Positions 36,013-57,399 are shown, counted from the stretch's first letter. The stretch: 64,000 nt of DNA from the human T2T-CHM13v2.0 reference genome, Homo sapiens (GCF_009914755.1 NC_060942.1), one strand, 5' to 3'. Made by a program: numbers and translations. Notes: generated from the sequence alone by a model not told the origin.

Positions 36013-36402
36013 GGAGGACTTGTTACTTTCCCCATTTTGCAGATGAGGCAGCTGAGGCAGTAAAGGGATGAATAACTTGACAAAGGTTATATAAATGGCA
36101 GCGGAGTTGCTGAGTTACAACATGGGTATCTGACTGCAGCAGCTGCTCTCATTACTACTATGCTGTACTGTGTCATAATTAGAACCTGGAATGGGCTGGT
36201 TTCCTGAGCTTAGAACACAAGGGGATGGGCCATATGGTGAAAGGAATGACTAGGGAAGCAGCACCTTAACCTTATCGTTGTCACTTACTATATTAGAATA
36301 AAATTAGGAAAAGCTAGCTGCTGCTTGCTTAGAGTAGGTTTTATGGGTTTCTTCCTTTGTGTTAAAATTTAAAACAGATGCAAATAGTAATAAAAAAACA
36401 AT

Positions 36403-36804
<402 letters not shown>

Positions 36805-37227
36805 TTATAAACATTTTATAATTATGTGAGAACAGCTTTTTCTTTCTTAAAATGCATACATAAGAGTAAAAAGACAACTCACGTAGTCAGAGGAGATAAT
36901 TACAATATACATAGATGATGAAGAATTGTCCAGTATTTATTAAAAAACCCAACTCCTGCAAATCAGGAAGAAAACTACGGAACACTCAGCAGGAAATTGG
37001 ACAAAAATATTTCACAAAAGATGAAAGCCAGATGGCCAGTAAATGTATAGAAAGGTGCTCAACTTCACTAATCATCATATTAAGACAATACTGAGATAGT
37101 ACTACAACCCACCAGAATGGCTTTTTAAGATACTTATTATCATGAAGAAGTTTTCAATTGGGCTTACCATAAGCTGAGATTCAAATCTTTCATTTTCCCC
37201 TAATTTTTATATGGTTTTATTTTTAAT

Positions 37228-37547
<320 letters not shown>

Positions 37548-38452
37548 TGAATCTTTAATCTGGAATTTATTTTGTATAAATTGTGAGATATAGATCCAAT
37601 TTTATTTTTATGTCAGATGGACCCCCCCAGTTCCTGATGCCATTTGTTGAATAATTCATTCGTCTGTTGTCCCTTGATAATATACTATATTCCTACATTA
37701 TTGGAATCTGTTTTCAGACTTCTGGATTTGTCTGCCCATTCATGAATTAATACTATATTGTTCTAACTTTTATAGTTGTATGATTTGCTTTAACAGATAA
37801 TAGGGCTGGAGGGCTAGTTTCCCTTCCTTACTCTTTCTTGGAGTTTTCTTGGCTATAATTGTAGTGCTGATGTTATACACTGATAAATATTATAAGAAAT
37901 CATGGTAAATGCAGCTAGGATGTGTTCTAACTTCAAGGCTGTATACAAGCAACTTCATTGTTTTCTTTAAAGAAAAGTAAAATAAAACCTCTGATCTATT
38001 GAGGAATGAGGAATTACTCATTCCTCCTGGGAAAATTTTCTAACAACATTTAATGTACTTTTTTCAAATATTAAAAGTGATAGAATAATTCTGCTAGGAA
38101 TTATAAGAGCAGAGTTTTTAGCTTTGGCTCTATCACTTACTGGACACATGACTTTGAGCAATTGATCAAATCTTTATTTGTGTCCATTTCTTGTCTGTAA
38201 ACTGGAATAGTAACATCTGCGGTGATTCTCAGGGTCATATGAGATAATAATTGTAAAGGTACTTTGTAAACTTTGCAGTGCCTTGCAGATGTAAAGCCCT
38301 ATAAGGTTAGTAGCCTTTACTGCTGGTGAAATTATAGGGATTTGAATTTTATATGTGAAAATTATTACATAGTAAAATTGAGCCTGTTAACTATAGTATT
38401 TTAGAACATTGATGAAATAATGTAGAGCAAAGTAACTCCCTTATAATAATGA

Positions 38453-38791
<339 letters not shown>

Positions 38792-39110
38792 TGCTGTTAC
38801 TAGACATAGAAATAAAACAGGGCTCAAGCCTGTATATTTGAGGTTGATTCCCTATTATTTGCAATTCTTTAATGGAATACTTTCACTAGATAGAAAGTCT
38901 GAGGATAACTGTTCCTGTAGTGGGGAGCACCCTCGCTCCACTTGTCATAGCCTATTCCCTGTCCACAGGGAGGTTACCCATAACTAGGGGCCTAGTTGTG
39001 TCTTCCCTATTGAAGGTGACCTCTCCCAGGGCTTATTGACAAACTTTCTTTATCTGATGCAGCAAACTGAGTTTTCTAAATACATTTCCAGGCTTTTTTT
39101 TTAAACTTGA

Positions 39111-39413
<303 letters not shown>

Positions 39414-39574
39414 TAAATATTTAACTTTGATAAAACACTTCAGAACTTCTTAAGTTAGATTTTTAATTCCAATTTAACTTCTAAGTGCAAAAATTAGGTG
39501 GATTTTTATTTGAAGGACAATATTTTTATAACATTATTTAATTTAATGCCTGCATTAAATTAACTATAATTTAA

Positions 39575-39802
<228 letters not shown>

Positions 39803-40392
39803 TAATTGAAAGTTACATTGAAAAACTTCTACAACTGTATTTATTGTCTTGTGATAGGTTTAAAAAATTTGATACAATTCAAAGCACTGTGTTAAATGTA
39901 AAACATTTTGAGATGGTCAGTTATAAGGACATTTCAAAATCTGCTTGTTTAAAAACATATAATATGCCTATGAAATAACATTCGTTTTTCTAAGAGTACA
40001 AGTGATCTTATGCTAATTGCGTATTGAAATTGACTTTTTGATGAAGTTCATATTGATGGTGTAAATTATTTTACATACTATCATGCAATTATAAACATAG
40101 TGACAGATATATTTTTAGAAGAGCACACATAGTTATGTAATAATGCTGAGTAATAATAGTTCCTTTGTTGAACAAGGCATTGCAATACCTCCACAAAATC
40201 ATGTAGCATTTTAAATCATTAGAAACTAGAAATAAAGAATAAAACATTTTTTCTCTATAAAAATAAAAGTTTATTGTGATTTCTGAAAACGTGCTTAATA
40301 TCCACTTAATGTTGAAGTACAACAGCACTTAGTACTGGGTTTTCAACTCTATATTGAGCAGTAAGAAAGAAGCTTTGGCTTTGAAAGCAGAG

Positions 40393-40414
40393 TTTTTTTT
40401 TTTTTTTTTTTTTT
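40393..40414. repeat. T22 homopolymer
   Basis: Isolated poly-T with no attached Alu body. Confidence 0.9.
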
Positions 40415-40832
40415 AATTGATGTTCTAGGTTTCCATGGCTTTATCATTCTGAACATTACGTCTCACGTTTATGTGGCCGGGTGGCTAGGGGAAGGGAATT
40501 GTTCTTTCCATGAATATTTTGAATATATAGAATTTGTATATCTATGTACAATTAAGATCATCTTTAGCCTGTCTGTTCTTTATTCAAACTTCCACTTACT
40601 GCTCTTCAACCTAGATAGTCATGTCCAATTAACCTAAGGAATAATGACTTGTATAAAAAATATACATAAGCAAAACCAAAAAAAAAATCATTTTCTTTGA
40701 ATATCAGCTCCCTAATACATTTTAAATTAAAAATGTGTATTTTGTGGTGTGTTGAAATGTAGAATATTGGTTATTACAGCTGCTGTAGCAATTTTTCCTT
40801 GTTAAATATATAGTTTATCAATTAAAAATTTT

Positions 40833-41038
40833 AGTCTGGGCGACATAGTGAGACCCCATCTCTACAAAAAAAAAAATTAGCATGGTGTGGTGGTACACGC
40901 CTGTAGTCCCAGCTACTTGGGAGGCTGAAGTGGGAAGATCCTTTGAGCTGGGAGGTGGAGGCTGCAGTGAGCTGTGATCGTGCCACTGCACTCCAGCCTG
41001 GGCAACATGGCGAGACCCTGTCTCAAAAGCAAAAAAAA
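40833..41038 (+). mobile_element. 5'-truncated Alu, sense
   Basis: Starts mid left arm (agtctgggcgacatagtgagacccc). Full right arm present. Confidence 0.9.
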
Positions 41039-41507
41039 TTCAGTAAGTAAAGTCAAACGATTGGTTATGCTTAATATGTGTAGTTTCCATTGGCTAATGC
41101 TTTTAGCTGTTAATTACTGTATTTGATTAACCAGTATTTGAATACAGTAATTAGACTATTAACTATAATTGTCAAAACTGAAGTCAAATTTAATATTGCT
41201 TTTCAGGCTAAGATTCTGTTCTTTAATATTCCAGTATTTGTGAAGTAATCCTCCGAATTTTAGTAGAAGTCCACCACACTATTTAGTATTTTCAGATAGT
41301 ACTTCATTGAAGGCACAAAATCTTGAGCTGAAAATGAAAGTACACATAAGATCCTAATGAATGGTTTTTGTTCCTGGTAGCTGGTAGCTAACAGAGGCTA
41401 GGTTCAAATTGATTATGAAAATATGAGCAAGTAAAACATGATATGCTATTAGTTGAAAAATATACTAATTTTAACAATGGGGTCCTCTAGTTGCACAAGC
41501 TTGATAG

Positions 41508-42115
<608 letters not shown>

Positions 42116-42535
42116 CCTAATTTTGTTGCTATTCTTAATGATTAATCAGGAGTGGGCAAAAAAAGCAGGAATAGTGAGTTCTCTCATCTTGACCTTTTAA
42201 GTGAAGACTTTTCTTTTTGATAAAGCTTAGCTATGTGTTAATTATTTAATAATAGGCAGTTAAATTGCATTATTGTGGCTACACATGAGTTATTATAAAG
42301 TGGTGAAAAGTAGCATAAATGCTAACTTTAGAGAAAGGCTGTAAATACAGTTTTTGTTTCATTCAATGTGTGTGTTATACTAGATTAGAATATTAGTTGA
42401 CATGTATGTTAGTGCTATAGAATTACATTAAAATATTGTTGAATAATCATGCTATAAACACTTTTTCAACTTGGCTACTGGGACAAATTACCTAATATCT
42501 TTGTTTGAAAAGCATTAATGTGTGAAATATTTTGA

Positions 42536-42748
<213 letters not shown>

Positions 42749-42853
42749 TAATTAATTTAATATCTTAAATACCAACTACTGAATAACATTCATAATGTAC
42801 ATATATCATTTTCTTTGATTACTGGATCAATCAACATTATTTTAATGTTTTAA

Positions 42854-43237
<384 letters not shown>

Positions 43238-43469
43238 TAAATAAATACAGTGAATCAGTGTAGTTAGTTGTTGGGGTGCTATGTAGTTGGTAGAGTTTAA
43301 TGCACAGATAAAATATTCAGTGCCTGTTATTAGAATTAATACAATGTAATGACTGTAAATAAAGAAGTATCCAATTTTATCTCTTTGAGATATGTTAATA
43401 GTTTCATCTCTTAGTTATCTCTATGGATTACTAAATAATTACTGTATTACCAGTAATTCTGAAAATCCT

Positions 43470-44065
43470 CCAGAACAGTACCATCCAATAGAAATCTTTT
43501 TTTTTTTTTTTTCCGAGAAAGAGTCTCACTGTGTTGCTCAGACTAGAGTGCAGTGGCATGATCTCGGCTCACTACAATCTCTGCCTCCTGAGTTCAAGCA
43601 GTTCTCCTGCACAGCCCCCCAAGTAGCTGGGATTATAGGCATGTGCCACCACACCCAGCTAATTTTTGTATTTTTTGTAGGGACAGTTTCACCATGTTGG
43701 CCAGGCTGGTCTCGAACTCCTGACCTCAAGTGATCTGCCTGCCTCGGCCTCTCAACAGCCAGTGGAAATCGAATGTCAACCATATATATATAACCATACC
43801 TGTAATTTCCTAATAGCTGTGTTAAAAAATAAAATGAAACAGTTGAAATTGACTATATTTTATATAACCCAATATAGCAAAAACTATTTTCATTTCAACT
43901 TCTAATCAATATGAAGATTGTTGATGAAATATTTTAGGTTTTTTGTATCAACTCTTCAAAATCTCATGACTAGTTTAAATTCACAGCACATAGGAATCTG
44001 GATTACCCCCATTTCAAGTGCTCAGTAGTCTCATGTGGCTAGTAGATACTGAATTAGGCAGAGTT
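43470..44065. mobile_element. MER33/MER3-like hAT DNA transposon interrupted by an antisense Alu (43496-43755)
   Basis: tccaatagaaat before the Alu. After it, ataacccaatatagcaaaa ... catttcaagtgctcagtagtctcatgtggctagt. Confidence 0.75.
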
Positions 44066-44166
44066 GTGTTAGAAGATAAAATTGGAAGCCTTTGCTGTGA
44101 TATAATTTGTAGCTATTCTAAACATTCATGTTTACTTTTACTTACTGAAACTTGGTAAACCTTTAA

Positions 44167-44427
<261 letters not shown>

Positions 44428-45874
44428 TGATTTATATAAAAGATTATTTCACTATGGTAGAGCCAAGTTATATTACTATCAGGAATGTAAATGGAATCTA
44501 GACTAACTTAAAGGAAGTGTCACAAGATAATTAAGAAAACCCTTTCAATTTTAAAACTAAAATAATAGTAACATTTAGGCAAAGTTACGGCCACTAACTA
44601 TTGGGGCACATAGAAACAGAAGAGGGACATAGTGTTTTTTTACTAGCTTCAAAATGGTCTGGCTTCTTTCTGAAACATAGCAGCAGTTGAGAAAATGTTT
44701 ATTGAATGATGTTTCAATTTTACATTTTAAAATAATTTAAGTATGCCTGAAGACATTGTACAATCTCATTATTTTTGGGTCCATCTGAGCAAAGACAATG
44801 AATATATATGTTGGTAAAGGCAAAATACTTATCGATAGAGTTCACTTAAATAAAAAATTGTTGTTAACAAGGGAGACAAAGCCTAACAGTCACTGATGAT
44901 GATTTTGGAAAATTTCATACATACCTTTGTGGAACCAGATTGCTTTCTGATGCATTTTAAGTTAGGCTGTGATGTCTTATAAATAGAAATATGAGATTTT
45001 AGGAGGGCTTAGGACTGATAACAGTACTTTTTTTTTATTGTTTATTAATCATGGGACTTATTCATGTGATTAGTCATCTTTGTGTGCATAATCACTGTCT
45101 CCCAACACTCACTCATTTGTTTGCACATATAGAGACATCGTCTTCTTGTAGACAAGTCATGCTTATCATAATTCATTCACCGTCACCAGCTCTGGTATTA
45201 CTGAAATTGAAAACAGTCTTACTGGTGTATCTGCTGCAGTATCTACAAGATATCTCATTTCAAAATCTACAAAATTTTTCTTGGCCCTTCTGCTTACTTG
45301 CTTAATCTTCCTGATAATTTATTTTATCAACCATGTTCTGCCAGTGCTAGATTTTGTTTGATTTGATATTGGTGGCTTTGTAAGAAATCCTAGTACCAAT
45401 GTTTCTCATTATTTTTCCTGGCAGATTTGCAAATTTACCTCCTTAATTGTTCTCTTCCTTCTTTTTTATTCCTTTCTTCCAATTAGGTTGTTAATTTCTT
45501 ATTCACTGTGAAAAACTGCTATGTATTTATTTAACCAATTTTATGTCATATTTTGGTGAAATAGATATTATTGTAATTACATTAATAAATTAAGGTATTG
45601 TTACAACCCCTCTCCTAAACTTCATTTTATAGTAGTTATGTCCTATGGTGAAACATGACAATTTTCTTTTCTGAATGCACATTTGGTGAAATATCTAATT
45701 TTTCAATGCAAAAATTGATTATTTAGATAATTCTATACTAGTTTAGAACAACCATTTCTGTTTTGATTGATTTTGTGTGTGTGTGAGAGAATAAAATATT
45801 TAAAATAATAGAATATTAGATAGAATAAGATATAGTTTTTCTTTAAATTACAAATGTGATTAAAAGTTTGGAAT

Positions 45875-46659
<785 letters not shown>

Positions 46660-46844
46660 CTAATAGACATATATGCAACTAAACGGAGAATGGGCTTGCT
46701 ACTAAACTTGGACAAGCCAAAAGCGGTAGTTGGCCTGGAGAATATGAGGAAAAATGATCTAGACAGGGAAGTCTAGTACTTGAAAAATAATGTATTTGCA
46801 ATTTGTAATTTAGTTATTACATGCTTAACAATAGAAATTTTCTT

Positions 46845-47035
46845 GGGTGGGAGGACGGAGAGGATTGGGAAAAACAACTAATGGGTACTGGGCTTAATAC
46901 TTGGGTGATGCAATAATCTGTACAACAAACCCCCATGACACAAATTTACCTGTATAACAAACCTGTGCATGTACCCCTGAACTTAAAATGAAAGTTAAAT
47001 TTTAAAAAATTGAAATTATAAAAAGGAAAAAAAAG
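46845..47035 (+). mobile_element. 5'-truncated L1PA 3' end, sense
   Basis: ggcttaatacttgggtgatg ... tgtacaacaaacccccatgacac ... catgtacccctgaacttaaaa plus an A-rich tail. agaaatttt on both sides. Confidence 0.88.
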
Positions 47036-48191
47036 AAATTTTAAAATTCTTATTCAAAAGTCCTGATAAAGACAAAGATACTTGATTTTAGCTGTGGGGT
47101 AATTTAGCAAATAAATAATGACTGCCTAGTTAATAACCTGTTCAGTTAGCTGGTTAGGTGGTTTTATGCACATCAGCAAGTATGTTTAAAGATCAAAGAG
47201 CCTAACTGCTTAATAAAAAGCAGAGTTTGATGTTTGCTAAATGTTTAGAAAATGTGTGGCTGAGATTAGAGTTTGCTACATCATATACTGATTCTAATGC
47301 TTGAATAGTCCCTCTCATAAATTGACCCAGTGTCCTGTTCTTTTTAGCAGAATATATTTTTATTTTTGTTTAAACGTTTTGATTGGGCAATAGTAGTTGA
47401 GATAGTTGATCAGCTAATTGTAGTTGAAAGATTATAAATATTTACCAAAAGTAATGATTAGAGATAAATGCTGAAGAGTTTGTCATCTGTTTTGTTTATT
47501 AGAATAGTTTTGGGTTTTAGGTGAATTCAGGTGGAAGTTGAGTTTGGACTTCTTGTAATTATTTGTTCAGGAAAGATATTCTAAAACAGAGAAATGTCAG
47601 TTGTGTGTAAAAATTACTTTAACTGTGAATAAGAATGTACAAAGCTGATGATTTCTCCTCTCTTTATAGTCACACTTCACGTTTCCTAAAACGTACAAAG
47701 TTGTTAAGAAAAAGTACTCAGCTAAATAATTCATTATTTGTCTCCTAACTTAGGTAGATAGTAAACAAAAAGTGAAAAACTGTCTGCTAGGTAGAACAGA
47801 TGCTGCAGCTGGAAGTTGGAGATGAGCTCTGAAGACAGACTCCAGACCCCCTTTTCAAACTCCACATACATTTCAGTAGGTATTTATCATCCTTTCTTTC
47901 CCCACTCCTTCATTTTTGAGCTGTTTTTAATATCTTTTTATCTAAAAGTCTTTCCAAATTCCTACTAGAGATTAGCATTAATTTAGTGGCAGACTTAAGT
48001 GGTTTTGTATGCTTTATTTTTAATGAACTATTTTTCTATCCTTTTGTTAGTGGGACTTTTAATTACTTAAAAAATTTTGCATATTCAAAGATGACAAATA
48101 TTGCCTAAATATAGTATTATGTAGAGTACTTAAATTGAATATATTTTTCCTTTTATTTTGTGTTGAAGGATTTCGGTTTTTCATTTTTTAA

Positions 48192-48806
<615 letters not shown>

Positions 48807-51800
48807 CCAATATTGTTTCTTAAAAAAGCAAAAGTTCATTTAGGAAAAGATCTTTGAGATTCAGTATTGATTCGTTGAATAGTCTGGTTAACTGATATTT
48901 AGCTTTTACCTGATACGGATTATTTTAAAGAATTAAAATGTAAGAAAATTAAAAAATCTGAAGGTACCCTTTAAGATATAAAATTTTGAAATAATTCAGG
49001 ATTGTGTAGTTCTGAAGGGTTATTGAGAACAGTTGAGGAAGTAATGTGTTTAAATGTTCCAAGAAATATAAGCTTACATTTTAGAAGGAGGATAAGGTAA
49101 GTATTTAAGCCTGGTACAGGCAGACTATAAATCACAAATGTTTTGGTGATGATGGCAAGGGCGTATTATAGGTACCCAGAGAAACAAGGAGCTTTGGTAA
49201 ACTACTTGAAAAGACCTGAGAGGTTTGACTAACTACATATTGACTTCTTGAGAGGTGTTGGAATCTGTGGTTTTGAGGTTTCTAATATTAGGTTATTTGC
49301 CATTTCTGTTTTTTTAAGAGTATATAAAGGTTCAGTTTCTTGATAAAACAAACTACTATATATCATTTGCTTGAAATAAAGCTGTTCACAGTATAAAAAT
49401 TATATGACAGATATAAAGTCCTATACCATTTTTATCATTCCAAGTTATGTTTATTATTTTTAAATGAGTGGTTTTCTCATGATTTATTGCTATTCAGATG
49501 TGACAGTTCTTATGAATTTTAATAGGATTCAAATTTAAACTCGAGCTTTTTATGTTGTTATTAAATTATATTGCCACTTCAAATATTAGATATAGGAGAT
49601 GTATTAGAAACTTTTTTTTAAAAACAGCTAAAATTTAAACTGGGCTATTAACTTTTCATCTGTACTTGGACTGTTTACTATGGTACCTTAAAATATTTCA
49701 TAAATAGGTAGTGATGCACATAGTATAAAATGCAAAAGGTATAAATATTACTAAGGAAGTGCAAGTCTCCCTTTCTCTCCTGTTCTCCAGCTTTTTGGTT
49801 CCCTTAACCTTGAGTGCAATGTCTTATTAATCCTTCAGATATTTTCAATTTTACAGTGTTTTAATGCTTCAGAACTATAGAATATTAGCTTAATTTTATT
49901 CTGACAACTACAAAATTTACACAACACAGCGTGGTTAGAGAGAGAATGATTTTCAGATTGGAGTAGTTGTGAGAGGTAGACTTGGGTGAATTAGCAAAAT
50001 CTGAACTCTGGGATAGGGGAGGCCAAGAGTGTACCAGTTGCCTGGGGAATCTGAAGAGAGCTGGTGAAAGGGAAGGCAGATATTTTTAATGCCTTTGGAG
50101 TGCTGCGGCAGGAAACTTCCTCCAACGCTCCATCATTAGAATTATGTAGTTACAGATGAGATGATCTGACATCGTCCCTTCCACCTCCCTCCCAGTTTAT
50201 TTTACCTTTCCCTGTTGCTTATCGTTCTCCTTTTATTATAGATTTTAGCTTTAAAGAGTCTATTGTCCAAGATCCAGGCACTTTTTCTTTTATTTCCACA
50301 TAGGTTACTCTTAGAGAAAGAAACTAGGTTTTGGAAAAAATACTGAGGGAATAAAATTATTTTAATATATCAAGAGTACGTTATAAAACATTTTCCTTAA
50401 CAAACCAGATAGATATGATTGACAGCAGTGAAAATTCATGAATTAAAAAATAACACTAATCACCCAGTATAATATTGCCAACTTATTGAATTGTGGTGAT
50501 ATTTTACATGAAACTATCCATATTTTCTTAGTTGATTTTCAATTGTGGTAGGTAGCTGGATTTAGAAGTACAGTTTGTGGTATGAAACCTTTGTGTGTGT
50601 AATACAGTGTGATACCATTTATTTACATTTTAAAAACACAAATCCATACTGCATATTTTTGGATACATGTATAGGTAGTAAAAATATTAAAACCGAAGGG
50701 AAAGCTAGTGCCAAATTCAGACCCTGGTTTACTTTTGAGAGTGAGAGGAAGGAGTAGGGAAACTTATTAAAGTGTCATGTTTTATTTACTTTTAGTATTA
50801 TAGCTATTTAATATTTACTATTTATTTTCCTCATTTACATTGACGATTAAATTCTCAGAGCTGTCTTTCTGTTGTTAGAATTATTCAGAACAGAAGTTTT
50901 CGAAAATGCCGAAAAATAAACTGTTTAGTACCAGTGATATGTTTCTACATGTAAGCATATAGGCTAAGTTCTTTAATATATTAGTTAAAGAATGAATACT
51001 TTTTGTTTAATTTATCATATTAAACTTTTGGTCACGTAATCTCCAAAAATACCCAGAAGGGGGCAGCATGGATTTGTGAAAACAGGAATGTGCGTCATCT
51101 AACCTGAACACTAGTGTTTGTGCCTTCAATTGACAGTATTAAAACCAGTATTAGATTCCCGGCTCCTAGAAACAGGTATGCTAATATGAATGGAACACGT
51201 GACTGTGTGTATACCAGTGTGGCTAATGTTCACAGCCAGTAAGGGCAATTGACAAATTAGATATTCTTTTTAATATATCATACTATTATTCTGACAAAGT
51301 ACTGAAAGCTTTTGCCTGAATTTGCTCTTATCTCCCATTTTTGATTCTAGATTTTTGTTATTAATTTAATTTGAATATTGCATTTAAAAAGCAATGTCTA
51401 TACCTATAGCTTAATATCTGAAGTCAAGCAGAGCAAACTTTGTGAATACAAACTAAGCAAAAACAGGAAGCAGAACTAACATTATTTTCTTAAAATACAG
51501 TGTACATAATGTTCTGTGTCATCCTTTTTCCTTTAACACTTAATTCTCTTTGATTTTGAGAACATTTTCATATATTTTTATGTATTTGGCACCATCTTTT
51601 TGATATTAATTTTATTTTTAAAAATTAAATAATACATAGTTATAGAAAATAGAGATATTTTCTAAAGACATCATATTTGTCACTAAGAATATTCCTACAA
51701 CATCATTTTAAATGATACTCTGTAATTCATTTTTATTGGACATTTTAGAATGTTGCTTTAAAGTTTTTTTTTTTGCCTGTTATCAACGGTGGGAATGATA

Positions 51801-52190
51801 ATTAGTACAGCTAAATATTTTTGTAGCTCTAGAATGGTTTCTTAGGATAAGTTCTTATACTTGGAGTTGCTATAAAAAAGGGCATATTAATTTTTAAAGG
51901 CTTTTGAACAGGTATTGTCAAATTGCTCTTCAAACAATGAGGAATAGGTTTGTACAGTCACCATTTTACTACCGTAATCCTTCATCATCCTGTTTATAAT
52001 CTTTTAAGCCTTGCTAATTTTCTAGTCTTGAAAGCAGCTGTATGTAGAGCATATGTAACTATAGCTCTCACATTCATTTTAAAGCACAAATGTATTAATA
52101 TTACCAATACTATATTAGTTGTACATTCTGGTTGGTTTTATATTCTTGATAATTTTATGTTTTCCAAATTTGTACTACTATTCTATACTA

Positions 52191-52495
<305 letters not shown>

Positions 52496-52526
52496 ATGCT
52501 ATGAATATTATGTATACATTCAAATA

Positions 52527-52579
52527 TTAGGTTGTGCAAGTAATTTTTGTTATTTTAATGGCAAAACTGCAATTTAATA
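52527..52579. mobile_element. Degenerate MADE1-like mariner MITE
   Basis: ttaggttgtgcaagtaatttttgttattttaatggcaaaactgcaatt resembles the MADE1 consensus as I recall it, with deletions. Confidence 0.55.
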
Positions 52580-52949
52580 TCTTACACCTGTCTCTTGTGT
52601 AGGAGGCCAGAAAACTCAGTGCTAAGGGACTGGCAGTGAGAGGCCCCCTTTAACAGTAATGAGAAAGACTGCATCCTTAGCTGACTGTGCTGATATCATG
52701 CCAAACATTTTAAAAAATTAGAAATTCTTACATTTTGGAAAGATTCCTTAAAATCTTAAATCATATTGCTGATTAGGCATGAAATTTACTTTTAATAATG
52801 GTCAGAAGTGATTTCATGCTAAACCTAGTGAATGAAGTAGCTGATTAAATTGACTTTTTATTTTGGACTGGAGAGAAAGTATTACACAACAACTAATTTT
52901 TCTTGAGTAACACAATCATAGGACAATTTCAAAATGAGTTTACATTTCA

Positions 52950-53090
52950 TTTTTTTAATTTAATTTTTGTTTTTTAGAGATGAAGTCTTGCTATGTTGCC
53001 CAGGCTGGCATTGAACTCCTGGCCTCAAGTGATCCTCCTATCTTGGCGTCTTAAAGTGCTAGGATTACAGGTGTGAGCCACCATGCACTG
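52950..53090 (-). mobile_element. Alu left monomer (FLAM-like), antisense
   Basis: tagagatgaagtcttgctatgttgcccaggctgg ... gattacaggtgtgagccacc. Confidence 0.88.
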
Positions 53091-53676
53091 CTCTCTATAT
53101 TTTTAAATGGCAAAAATTGCTAGGAAGAAATGAATTACCTTTTAAGTGTAGTATTCAGTTTGGTGCAACATATTTTTGATTAGACATTCATTGGGCAAAT
53201 ATCTGACTATCTGCCATATTTCAGGCACTTTCTAGAACCAGAGATAGGGATAAGATATCTTTTTTTTTTTTGTAATATTTAGTCTAATGAGGGAGCCAGA
53301 CCAGCAAACAGCAGTTATAAAGGAGTATGATAAATCTTATGGAAAGGGGTTTTTCAAAGCCCTCAGGGAGTACATAGGGCACTTAGGAAGTCTACTTTGG
53401 GTGATTTTGGAAGACTTTAAGGAAGGTCAATATATATGATATTTGAATATATTAGTTTTGTGGATATTTATAAAATCATAAATGATACATTAACAACCTC
53501 TGTTTGCAGATGCTCTTAGCATTCTGCATGTTATGTGGAGGTGTCTGGAACAATTGATGTTTTCCTGACTAGTACCTGATGGATCTGTCTACAATAGATA
53601 GTACTTGATAATACTTGGATTTAGGCGGATCCTGGCAGGAATTGGACATACATACATTACTTTGAAAATAATGACT

Positions 53677-54052
<376 letters not shown>

Positions 54053-54633
54053 CTACTTAGGTAGGGAAGAAAAAAGTAAAGATAATAAAATATGGGACTG
54101 TACTGAGAGGGAAAATGTTCATGTTATTTGTCTAAAGAAAGATTTGACAAGCTGGTAAAATGAAATGAAAATGGATGATAACATCTTAGAAAAAAAGAAC
54201 AAACAACAAAGTTGACTTTTGTATGATGATTCTCTTTTTGGAGTCATTATCAATGATTTTTCTTAGTCATTGGTGAAGACTTTCTAAAGGAGTTGGAGAG
54301 CACACTCTGCTGTAGGCATATGGAGCTTGAAATAATGGAACCGTCAATTGGTCAGTGAGAACAGCCTTTAGAACCAAACAGACCTGGATTTGTGTCACCC
54401 ATCTTGGAGTGGCATTAGCAGGTTACTTAACATCTCTAGGCCCTAGCCACAATTTCTGTGAAGTGTTGGTTTAAGGTTTAGAAGTAACGCTTGGCCTGTA
54501 ATGAGAGCTCATTGAATCATCATTATTGTTGCTATTATTTCTATTTTCAGTTATCTACATTGTCATTTGGATGATAAATGCCTAAATCTGGGCAGTTTGT
54601 ACGTTCATTTTCAGTACTCAAATGACTTTTTAG

Positions 54634-55243
<610 letters not shown>

Positions 55244-55991
55244 TCAACTGACTTTACTGTAGATATACTTTGTTCCTCTGTTAGGTACTTTTCATTTGCT
55301 TGTTTCCCAACTATGGCCAGGTGGTTTTAAAACCCGTACAAATTAGGGATGACTTCTCTTCCTCTGACAGTCTAACTTTGCGTTTTGTTTTTTTTTTTTT
55401 TTGGCATGAGATAGAAGTTTCAAGATAATTAAGAACCAACAACTGGATAACAGGTTTTTACTCTCCTCTAATTCCTTGGAAATTATAGTCCTAAGTACCA
55501 TTCTTTCCTGCTCATTGCCTGAAAATTGGGGTTTTCAACTGTCTGAGAAGCCCAAACTGGGTCATGTTTTTCTGGACATTTGTGGGTAGATTACAGTGGG
55601 GTATTACACATGCAAAGCGTTTGTCAACATGACCCTAGATGATCAAGGGGGAGGTTTGACCCCATTTATTGCTCTTCTTAGGACATAAATTATGGGCTAG
55701 GCACAGCATTCTTGCCAGCCCATAGTGTTTTGTGGACACTGAAGGTTAGGTTTCTCTGCGTTTTTTTGATACAGGCTTAAAGAGCAAGCCAGCATCCTTT
55801 CAAAACAAAGAGGTGCTTTTAGCATATTGTGTTCTGTTAATTTACTGCCAGGAAAGAGATATACAGGTTTGTTCTGCATCTCCAGTTAGAAAAATGAGGA
55901 CAGTATCTGTCAACCCGTTTGTTTCCATAAGAAAGGAAAGAGAAAGTTTTCTGTGGCTGTATCAGAGGTGTGTGAATTCAGTGTTTATTCC

Positions 55992-56310
<319 letters not shown>

Positions 56311-56612
56311 TAATGATATAGGTATGATTTGCAGAAACAGGTAAGGCCAAGCAGACAGATTAAAAATCGCTTGGTCAGATGTGTGGTTGCCATTTAAGTT
56401 CTAAGTTGAGGAGTGAGAAAGTAGAAGGGCAGGACCAACAGAAAGCTTTTGGGAGTTGTAATACCAGGCAGTCTTTTTTCAGAAGGTCTAACTCCCTGAA
56501 TGTGTGCAGCCCAAGGTTTGTGGGCATGGACAGATGACAGCGGACAGCTGAATGGTGTGTGGAGAGTGGAAAGGGGCAACACTTTGAGTTCCTTAACAAA
56601 CTTTAGAATATA

Positions 56613-57019
<407 letters not shown>

Positions 57020-57399
57020 TTAAAGGCATGAAGTGAAAAATAAAGTAAGTTCAGTAGAAAAACATAAGAAATATTCAGAGAACAGTGGAAGCTGGCCATT
57101 GAGGAGTTGTATTTTATTTATTTATAAATTGTTATAAAGCTTTATTAATGTAATTTATGGTAGCATGTGAGTGATACTGATGATTATGCAGATGAAACTA
57201 TTCAGATTAAATTAAAGCAGAGGTATTAATATGAGAAGAAAGTATTGAAAAAGGGAAACTTATGTTCTTGAAGAATTATGAATGTTTTCACATTTTCTGG
57301 TAGATACCTAAACTTCAGCAACACTTAACCCCTTCAGAAAATAAATACAATTACATTCTAAAAGATAGAATCTATGGTATATAATTACATAATAATAAT

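Noticed and set aside
53578-53600. GATGGATCTGTCTAC (DGSVY), like a motif I recall from further downstream in WDR7
   Set aside because: A TAG follows two codons later and the flanks show no similarity. A chance 5-codon match, not an exon or a duplicate.
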